A stretch of 64,000 nucleotides of DNA. It comes from Schmidtea polychroa. Taxonomy: Eukaryota. How positions within the stretch are numbered: the stretch's first letter is position 1; every line of letters starts with the position of its first letter. The notes under the pieces were generated by a model that was not told the DNA's origin, ran no database searches, and was given only the letters and a program-made list of their open reading frames with translations. Shown piece after piece: positions 53,988 to 64,000 of this stretch. Made by a program: the position numbers and the translations under genes. The stretch covers positions 44,394,001-44,458,000 of the forward strand of contig CM097885.1 in NCBI GenBank assembly GCA_044892525.1, written 5' to 3'.

Positions 53988-54189
53988 CAGATGCTAGCAT
54001 CTTTAGACGGGTTGATGTTGTGCCACGAGGCCACATCTCACAACTGACACTTCAATCCACAACATTGTCGTTGCCCATGTGCATTATGGAAATAAATAGA
54101 CTAAATATTATATTATAGTCCGTTAAAATATATTTCTTGACAAACTATGGCTTATCCTATATGTGGTTGACTAGAACATGTTCACTAAG

Positions 54190-54620
54190 ATAACATTTCA
54201 TAGTTCAAAAAAGATGTTTGAGGTATTAGATATGATAATCTCTATTATCCATAGGGCAACGGATTGATTCAAATATTATTTCGAACTATGAAGGAATGAT
54301 TTGTAAAATTTTAAAAGAAAGACAATCTACTAGTTAGAATGAGATATAACCAATGATTGAAATTGGATTCAGATTTACAAAAAAAACAGGATATTCATTT
54401 CCGGTTGTTGATGTATTAAAGGTTGTATTACTTGTATTACAGGTTGGCAATCCTCTTAAGATGGTGTACATGTAAGTAAATGTGCCAGTAGGTAAATATT
54501 TTTGGATAAACAAGTTTTAAAAACATTTCCTAGATATTGAAGCAATGACCTTTTTTCATTAAAAAAGACACCAAGGAGTGAGACAGTGATACCGACTTAC
54601 ACAAAATACCCAAAAGAAAG
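54190..54620 (+). mobile_element. Decayed retroviral-type integrase fragments
   Basis: YYP*GNGLIQILFRTMK resembles the YxPQxNGxxER motif; a short homologous piece lies inverted at ~52560-52625. Confidence 0.45.
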
Positions 54621-57600
54621 AAAGAACTTTTCAGAGAAATCACAACCAAATATAAAAAGCAAAATGATTCACTGAGTGTTATATTATCAAAAATAGATGT
54701 ATGAGCAAGATTATACATTCCATGAAAAAAATTTCTCGGTTTAAAAATTATTATTTAATTCATAATTGTAACATTTATAAAATCTAAAACAATATTTGTT
54801 TGTTTTAATAAATAAAAGCAGGACTTTTGAAATTTAAAAATAAATATTGACTATTTAATTTGTTATTTTTGATTAATATATCAAACGATATCAAATGTGA
54901 CCAAATAATAACCTAATTGTTTTATTGTATACCGAAATATATTTCTTTCAAAGTTTTTCGCAAATCAAATATAGTTTTTTAAAAATGTGACATGTATAAA
55001 CAAAAGTCCAATGAAAAATAAATGCAAAACATCATTACTTCTTTCTTTTTCATTTAGACAATGGTTAAACATTGAGATTAAAATATTTTCAACTATAGAA
55101 TAAGATTTTATAATATTACTGTGGAAATAATAAAACAATTTCTCTCCTAATAAATATTAATGAAAAAAAGCACCAAAACGCATGCAAATATTTCTACAAA
55201 ATTAAATAACAAAATGAAATATAACAATTGTTTCATATAAAACAAACAAATGAAGTGAATGCATTTTATTTTCTAAGGTTTTCATTTCTGTAAAATTGCA
55301 AACGAATTTCTCCTTAATTTACCAAAACATGTTGATTTCGTGTGCCTGTTAATTATTATTTTATGTTGCTAAGTGGATTTTTTTATTAATAAAAATTATT
55401 TTTGCAAACAAATCTTTTGGTATTCTTCAAGTTTCACAGATATCAATGTTGAAATTGTTCACAGTCGGTGAGTTTCTAGCTATAAATTCTACATCAAAAT
55501 ATTTCGAATTCGATAGAAATTAATTTAATTTGTTTTAATTGTATTTTTTTAGTTAATTTATTGATGGTTTATCCTGATGGATTATTTGCCCTGGATTGTG
55601 CAAGTGCTATTCAAAGTATATGATATTATAAATTCAATGAATATTTATTGAAATTATTACTAAAATGAATTAAATAATTAATAATTTTTAAAGTGCCAAA
55701 AAATTTTAAATAATTTTTAATAAAGAGTCTACTGTATAAAATAAATTTTTAAAGGAAAGCAGCGGGAAGTACGACAATGTCGGTTGTAGAAGGGTTCTTT
55801 TATTTTTGATTTTGTCTTACATGTATTTAGATTGAAAATTGCATATTTTTAATAAATTTATTTAAATTTATAAATATTTCACGGCCCCCAGTTTGAGGAG
55901 TACTGCTTTAGAGTTTGGAAATTAATTTCGAAAATAATAACTTTTATGTATAAAATAATCATAAAATTTGAAACATACTGAATAAATTAATTTTAGATTG
56001 TAAAGTTTAATTAAAATTTATTAAATTGAAACTGTCGAAATATATTGTAAAACGCATGTTTTAGTGGTATTATTTAATAAATAAATAATTGCCATGTTTA
56101 TTTCATTATTTTTTCTATAAAATAGCTAATTAATTTTTCACACTGAAAGCTAATTTTAAATAATTATATAATATTGTTTTATTGGATTCGATTATTTTAA
56201 GATTTTAGTTTGGTTGGATTTACATTTTATTAAAATTTTAGAAAAATAATTGTTCTAATATTTTTAAATAATTATTTGAAGAATTAAATTCTACAATGGT
56301 ATTTTTAATGTTTATAATTAAAATATTTATTTTTACATATACAATTTATCAAATTATTTAATAATTATAACTAATTTAGTTTATATATTATTTTTTTTTA
56401 ATTTTGAGACATGCTAGGACTTTTTCAAAAGCTTTTGAGTCATTGATGAGTTTAAAAACTTTTTATTTGTTTTATTACAATGGAAAATCTACTGTTTTCT
56501 GTCACATTTATTAGTACTTTTTAAAATTAGAATTACAGAGATAATATTTACTATCCTGAAATCGTTAGTTTTTTTCAAATATATTATTATAATAAAATAA
56601 TATAATAAAACAATATAATACAATATAATAATAATATTATAATTTTAAATCAATTGTGGGTTCATATGCAGCCTTTTTTAATAAATACAAATTAATTAAT
56701 AAATTAATGGATTAATTTATTTAATAACAAAATTCCCGAGATCAATAAGCATGTTGTCAAATTAAAATAAAATAATTAAACATTATTTATATTTTTTTAG
56801 TCCCCTTGGATAAGATATTTAATTGGTTAAAGAGTGACGAGAAGAGAGGAGAATTGCTATAACGGTCGAAGAAAGGAAGCACTTGAATGAGTAAGAAAAA
56901 AGAGAAACTTTGGGAAGCGACATTTTCTTTAGAGGATAAATCATATTCTTTCAGTTTGAGTCGGTTTTCCGTTGAGTCGTCTGCCTCTAGTACAGCGGTT
57001 CCTAAACAGTTAACCGAAGAAACTTTCCAGTGGGCCGTGAAACAAAAATATTCTTTTAAAAAATTTGGGAATGATTAAAATAATTGTGACCTAAAATTAG
57101 AAAATCATACATTTTCATACCTAGTCACCGATGAAATGTTTTACTAATCCATAATCACTCACAAATTGCGAAAACTAATTTTGTTTAGTGGTCCGCAAAT
57201 TTTATATTTTTTAGTTGGTGAAAGTGAATTCAATTTTCAGATATTGAAAAAAAATTGTCATATTGTCAATTAAAAAATATATTGTAATATTTTAATTTAA
57301 TATCGCCGTGATTATCACTGATGAGCGCAAGGATAGGATAAATGCTAAATAGTATTTTTGTATGTAAAAAAACAGATGGTTTGATATCTTTGAAATAATC
57401 TTGTTAAATACATTATGAAAATATACTTTAAATTTTTGATAAATGAATTTTCTGTCGACTTTTTACAAATTGTCGAAACTGTCTTTTATAAAAATCAAAA
57501 AGTAACATAATTCTGGAGTGAAAATATGAATTAAAAATATAAAAATCAAATTTGAAATTAAAAACTTAAAAATTATTTATAATTTACTTCTAATTTTTTT

Positions 57601-57727
57601 AAATTTTAAATTAAATTATATTGATATAAGAATAAAATTAAGTAACAAATATTTCACAAATTATTAAAATATTTGCTTCTGCTTTTTATAATTTTTAAAA
57701 ACTAGCATTAAATATTTGAAGCTTGGG

Positions 57728-58313
57728 TAAGGTGACCAGACGTCCCGCTTTTGGCGGAACAGTCCCGATTTTTCACGATTTATCCGGCGTCCCGCAACGT
57801 TAGTCAAAAGTCCCGACTTTTAGAATTAAGTTAAATTTTATATTTATGAAAATCGTTGTTTTACATTCTAAGAATCCTACGGACTACTAAGACTAACATA
57901 TTGATTTTCTTACCCAGTTACATTGTATTTGTTTCTCAGATGATATACTTCGTGTTCGTACTGTGAGCTAGGAAGCTAATTAAATAAATAAATATTACAA
58001 ATCTGCTACTTACCATAGAAAATTGAGGTAAGTAATTTATTTATATTTTTCATAAATACATAAGTTTTCTTAAACTTAAAAGAACTTTTAGAAAGAAATA
58101 TAAAAATAAAATTATGGAAATATTTTAAGTTAATCAAACTAATAATATGTCAAGGAATAAAATATTATACAAGTTTTTATATTTATAAATTGTACTTATG
58201 CTAAAATTCAAAAAATATTACCATATTATTTTTATTCTATATGAAAATTTTTGTTGATACCCCCCTCCTTCAAAGTTGTCCCGCTTTTCCATTCTTAAAT
58301 TTTGGTCACCTTA
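57728..58313. mobile_element. hAT MITE
   Basis: TAAGGTGACCA...TGGTCACCTTA ends, GTCCCG subterminal repeats, 8-bp flanks AGCTTGGG / AGCTTTGG. Confidence 0.8.
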
Positions 58314-59199
58314 AGCTTTGGAGACCCCTAGAACCTTAAAACCAATTGTTTGTCACATTTGCCTTTTGAAATGGTTTAGAAATAGATTTCAGAAATTATG
58401 AAATTATTTTTACAATTTACTCTATTACAAACTTATTTCATCATTGTTAGTTTTTATTTCTTAAAAATTATAAATATTTCAACTATTATTATGTATGAAT
58501 AAATATTTCAAATATTCTTTTCACGATATATTTCGACAGTTTTCCTGTCATCATCAGGTGGGATATAATAACTATATAAATTAAGGATTTTAAGCAAATT
58601 TAAATATTTTATTAATTATAAAAAAATTTTATTTATTTAATAAAAACATTTCATTTTTTAAAAGTCATAATTAAAATTATATATTGTTCATATTTATTTT
58701 AATAAATTTAAAAACAGTATTAGTTGTACTCGTATTTCGATAGAATTTACTTGAAATTAATTTAATAAAAAATTATTAAATCAAGTAATAAAGTTAAATC
58801 ATGCTAATTTTTAAATAACTTTTAATATTCATAAATTATATTTATTAAAAAACAAATGATAAATGTCAAAAATTTAAACAAACAAATTATTTAAATAATC
58901 CCTTAAAATCTTATTTGCTCTACAGCCAATTTTAGTTTTCTTTATTTTTTATACTTTATTCTTCTGACTCTGATGTAGTGATAGAAAATTTGATAATTTT
59001 GCAAGCGCCTTTGGATTTTATTTTTCCATCGAATCTTTTCTGTTGTTTTTTGTGTACTAATACATCAGCATTGTAGACAAAATCATACATGCCTCTCTTT
59101 ATCTTGCCCATAATTCTTATCTTGTCTGCCTCTATATCTGAATTAGCTTTTGTATTTTCCATTAATTCTTTTTGCTACTAATTTTTATTCAAAGCTTTA

Positions 59200-59650
59200 C
59201 CGAAAATGTTGGTACAAAAATGTAAATTAATCACCTTCACTCAGGTTAGAATGTAAATTATCGTGAAAGAGATTATCTCCATGCCCTCTATTGACTGCTG
59301 TTTGTGTTAAGTTTTATTGTTTATAGCAGTTCATGTCGGTTTTTCTCTGCACATCTTTCTACCAATTATAGCCTGGCAAGGTAACTTGAATTCCTATTTG
59401 ATACCATATTTTTTAATCTTTCTAATTAAAAAATTTCGTTTAAAGTTGTGATCTCTGTCTGTTATAATTCTCTTCGCCATACCAAATCTGTAAATCAATT
59501 TGTTAAATATTATTTTGAAAATTGGTTTGTCTTGTTTTGAGTCAAACTGAGTAATTTACTGAACTGATCATTCATTATTACCATGTATTTTTTTGTATTT
59601 TCTTTCAATATAAGACACATCCGTGACATTTTGTTTTAGAAAATCATAGC
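59200..59650 (-). mobile_element. Decayed integrase core relic
   Basis: LIYRFGMAKRIITDRDHNF..YGIK resembles the FGxPxxIxTD core. Confidence 0.5.
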
Positions 59651-61492
59651 TCTACCTGAATGAATGTTTTGTTTGTTTTTGCATTATAAATTTTCTTTTA
59701 GAAGACATCGCAATAACTATTGCATAGCTGTATTGTTTCTTGTATTGTATTTTATTAACATTTTACTTTCATTAAATACATTACCGTTTAGTTAGAAATA
59801 CTGAATAACTGATGAATAAATCAAATTTTAATTATGCGTATGAACTTAGGGAGCCTTATATAAATAATGGCTGTTCAATTTGCTAGACATCTTCAGTGGC
59901 GCGTTTATGCACCTAGAGTCCCCAAAATAATGAAATAAAAAAATGAATTATAAAAAAAAACATTTTTTAAATTTTGACTTTAATGACTTATTTGAAATAT
60001 AAATTATATTTTATTTTTTACACTAATAAAGGTGTATTATTTTAATTTATAATTTTCTTTGTTAATTTAAGCCAATGTTCCGCGAAAAAATGACATTTCA
60101 TCTTTAAATTTGCATTTAAGATACATATCATCAAAAACCTCAATTAATTATTTTATAAGATGATTCAATAAGAAAGCCGTTACACAGATAAACATACAAA
60201 TATAAAAGTGTTTTTATTGCTTTTTATTGTTGCGCGTGGTATTTTCTTTGTTTATAAGAAGCCATTGTTTACGTTTACGACAGATTTATAGTAATTTGTG
60301 ATTGGTCACTCATTGTGGACAAGTATTTTTTTGTCAGTGTTCCGCGTAAAAAAATCATGTGAATGGTGTTCCGCGCTTTTATATTAATTGAAAACCACTG
60401 ATTTAAGCTAATAATTCATTTTTATGCAAAGCAACGTCAAACTTGTTAGCCGCAACAGTCGTCTACTACAGTTTGTGCATTGAAAGTTTTAGTTTGATCA
60501 TTCCGTCATTTCTAGTATTAAAACCTCATGGAGTTTTGGGAAACGTTTTTGCACAAAGGCTGTACATCATTAGTCTTAGACTTGAGTTTCTGCATGTTTA
60601 GAAAGGCACAAAAGTGATTGCATATGAAATCCTGTTTTCTATAAACACGCCATTAGATATTTTTCGAAATGAAAACGGTAATTTGCCGTCATTTAGAAAG
60701 TTGAAGAAAATCTCGTCAAAAACTATAAGTTTCTATAAACATAAAATATTGAATTTGAAAAGAATTGAAAGCAAATCTAGCAGATCACATCTGGACAAAG
60801 ATTTTTGATTATTTGAATGAATTTTCAAAAGAATAAACTTCTAAACAAAAAGACACCAAAACAAAGAAGACACATTGTTAGATATAAGGTTTCAACATTT
60901 TCGTGAATATGTAATAAAATAATGTTTTCTCGCGCTAAATATTTTCCCATGGTGGATGTTCTATTTTTGTATTGAAGGGTTTACATGTATTCATCTAGGG
61001 TTGCATATCTTCCATAAATACCTCAATATATTGTAAAAGAATATTTAAGGATCTAGTTTATGTATATATTATCATACCTATATAAGCATAATATTACATT
61101 CTCCTAAATTTCACTAAATTCTTGATATAAATGTAATATTAAAAAAATTCAGTGATGCCAATTATTTTTTTGTAGCAGAATTTTGTGCGAAAGTAGTAAA
61201 TTTAACTTGGATTCTTACCAGATGTGAATAAATGTTATCACAAAGAAAATCCCGCGAAAAATTTCTAAATTCCCATGATTCGGGGAATGTAAAACTAAGT
61301 AATTTCCCCTGAAATCCCAGGAGTAACACACTAATTTTAATTCATAAATTTTCTTTAATATTGTCTTGTTCAAATTGTTTGAATGAATAAAAAATGAATT
61401 ATAAAATTAAATATTACAGTTGTAACAAACAAATAAAACTGATATACTTGTTCATGCTCTAAGAATGTAAATATAATTATTGTCTTATGCAG

Positions 61493-61703
61493 AATGGTGG
61501 CCTGTTATTGTGGGAACAATTCTAATTGGGAGTTTTGTCATTATTTCATCCGTATGCGCAATATGTTACTTTCTGAAACGAGCGACCAATGAGGTTGATA
61601 TGGAGCCATCTATTGAAGTAAAAGTTACAAGTAAAGTTCTATTTTAAAAATTTGTAATTAATTATCTTTTCAAGAATTGCCAAGACATAATGATGTATTC
61701 TAA
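61493..61703 (+). CDS. Tentative last two exons (61493-61630, 61675-61703) of a small single-pass membrane protein
   Basis: WWPVIVGTILIGSFVIISSVCAICYFLKR (TM segment plus basic stop-transfer), 44-bp GT-AG intron, TAA, AATAAA ~25 bp downstream. Confidence 0.5.
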
Positions 61704-63731
61704 ATGGAAAATATTTTGAAATTTTGAATAAAGATTTCTTTTATTTTATGAATCATTTTAATTTTTTAGGATTTTTTGTAACTTTTTTCTTAAAAGATTT
61801 TGGGTTTTCACTTGCCATCTAGAAAAGTTTATAGTTGATTAAAAAGTCTTTTTAAAGGAATTAATTCAATAGTAGATATTTTTTGGGGTTGTTCGGTGAA
61901 ATTCATTTAAGAATAATACTTGCTGAAGCATAGAATGTCACAGAATTTCGTTTTCTGTGTCAGAATTCACACTTGCATGCATAACCTCTTATTTTCCTGT
62001 AATATAATGCTCCTATCCACAAATCATGTGTTGTAAGCAGACGGTTACAAGAAGAAAATTTCTAATTTATGAAAGGCCCCCAAGTAATCAGATTTCTATC
62101 ATATCGAGAATATTCGGAGTGAATTAAAGAAACGATTATATTAAGTATTTGTAGCATCATAAATAATGCTTACCCAACAAATTCAGCCGGTTTGGCATTC
62201 AATGGATCATAATGACTTTAACCAATCTGATTGAATCGATGCCCTGTAGGATTGAATCTGTGGCCCCACAAAATATTTATGTGTTATCGTGTAGTTAACT
62301 ATTTGATCTGATTTATTGTAGTTTATCAAAGATTTGAAATTTTGTACTTGGTTTCATAAATTGTTTGTTTCAAATTTCTTTATCTCTACATTTTTCTTCT
62401 TTTTATGGGATAGGTGCAATAGTTACTGATAATACCGTACTTAATTTGAGCCAGTTTGCTGTGTTAAGTCAATCATTCATCATTTGTCTTAACACAAGCA
62501 TCCATTCAATTGAGTCAACACTTTGTGTCTGGTATAAAGAGGAGTCAGTTTGCTTCATTCCCATTATTTTTTGAAATTATAATAAAAGCTTGAATGAAAT
62601 TTAGCAACGTACCAAAAATGAATTGTTTTGTTACGTCATATTATGATATTCATTATATAAATCAGACGCGCAAATAGACGAGGAACAGGTGGACAAATCG
62701 CCTCCCATTCCGAAGAAAAGAATATAAAAAATATTGCAATTTTCATCAAAATGGTATAATAAAAATTTACCGAAATTTCATTTTCTGTCCTTTCTTAGAT
62801 TCTGTTCTAAATGAACTAAAGTTGATGAATATATGAAGCTAATGCTGGGAAAACTTTTTGACTTTATATTGAAGGCTTAAAAGGATCTTTTTGCTGATTC
62901 GTTGCAGAAGCGACTGAGCAATCTTGATAAAAAATCAAAATCTGCTTAAGATCATTTGAAACTTTGTCAAATGGAAATTTTTTTCTAATAATCTATAATT
63001 CAGCTTATAACAGCAGAAGTGAAGCGTTCATTTAGCAAGTCAAAACTGATGAGCAAAACACAATGCTGATTTTAAATGCTTATCAAGAAATTTCGATAAG
63101 TTCGTAACAGAGTTCATCAAAATCCTGCCTAGGCCACTAATATAGATAATTCTTGATAATTTTAGTAGCTAATGTTTACTTTAAAAATTGCGATTAGTCA
63201 AACTTCCGGAAACCTTTCATCTGTATGATTAAACGTTACCGGTAAAATCCAGACCAATTAGCCATATAAACAACGATTTTGCAGTTTCAATTCAAGCAAC
63301 ATTATTCAATCATATTTCATAATTGAAAATAGTTTTGTAAATAAAATATTCACTGTTGGAAATCGATCAAAATGGTCAACCCCCGGGTAATGAGTAGCAG
63401 TAATTGAAAAATCAATTAAATTAAATAAATAAATCGTGCAAGTTACTTTTACAATAAAACATGGTAAATGTATAAGAAAAATCGTGATCATTTTATTGCA
63501 AAATATTCAACATATATACATCAAAAGTAATAAAGTTATTAGACAACATAAAAAACACCTTTAGTGAAAACAATCTGATTTCTAAATAAAGTCAATATTA
63601 ATAATAAATTTATATACAAAAATGACAACGGCAAATAATCAAATAAATCAACTAATCAATTATTCGTGTCGATTAAAATAAAATTACTAAAATCAATAAA
63701 GCAAATATTCACATTTATTTTTACACATCTA

Positions 63732-63998
63732 TCAATCACTTTTATTTTTATTATAGCTTTCGACAATTTGATCTTGTTTTGATTTCTCGGATGATCCGTC
63801 ATATTTCGATGATGACAAAGAATTCGACGTATCCATCGAAGTTTCGAGTTGTGAGGGTCCGATATTATCGACAGCAATTGACCATATGTTCCTCGAACTA
63901 TTGTTATTGGTCGGATTAGTGGTTGATTTGTCATTTTTAATCAGACTTGACGAAACAGAACTAGAGGTTGATAACGGTTTCGATTGACTTTTCGAGGC
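63732..63998 (-). CDS. Tentative Ser-rich terminal exon of a gene continuing beyond the window
   Basis: 89-codon frame ASKSQSKPLSTSSSVSSSLIKNDK...YNKNKSD*, higher GC than flanks, AATAAA just after the stop. Confidence 0.45.
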   Translation of the reverse strand, partial: ASKSQSKPLSTSSSVSSSLIKNDKSTTNPTNNNSSRNIWSIAVDNIGPSQLETSMDTSNSLSSSKYDGSSEKSKQDQIVESYNKNKSD

Positions 63999-64000
63999 TG

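Overview
Very AT-rich animal genomic DNA with GT-AG introns, many only ~40-55 bp; the taxon cannot be determined from sequence alone. Bases 42-28666 hold about 18 + strand exons of a Slo2/Slack (KCNT-type) K+ channel gene whose 5' end lies upstream of the window. The most striking structure is a 17.2-kb, essentially non-coding palindromic element (34331-51545). It has two ~8-kb inverted arms built from ordered tandem-repeat modules around a 955-bp spacer, 5'-AGTAG...CTACT-3' termini and a perfect 6-bp target-site duplication (ATTAGG), which is the Polinton/Maverick end signature. A diverged solo copy of the same arm sits in a KCNT intron (12805-22846) and carries a 5'-truncated RLE-type non-LTR retrotransposon. 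Another KCNT intron holds a 1.5-kb deleted Polinton with AGTAG ends and a decayed protein-primed PolB. The rest contains MITEs, hAT/mariner/integrase relics, an actin + cold-shock-domain + 28S rRNA fragment mosaic and two tentative small gene models. All coordinates were read by eye and may be off by a few bases.
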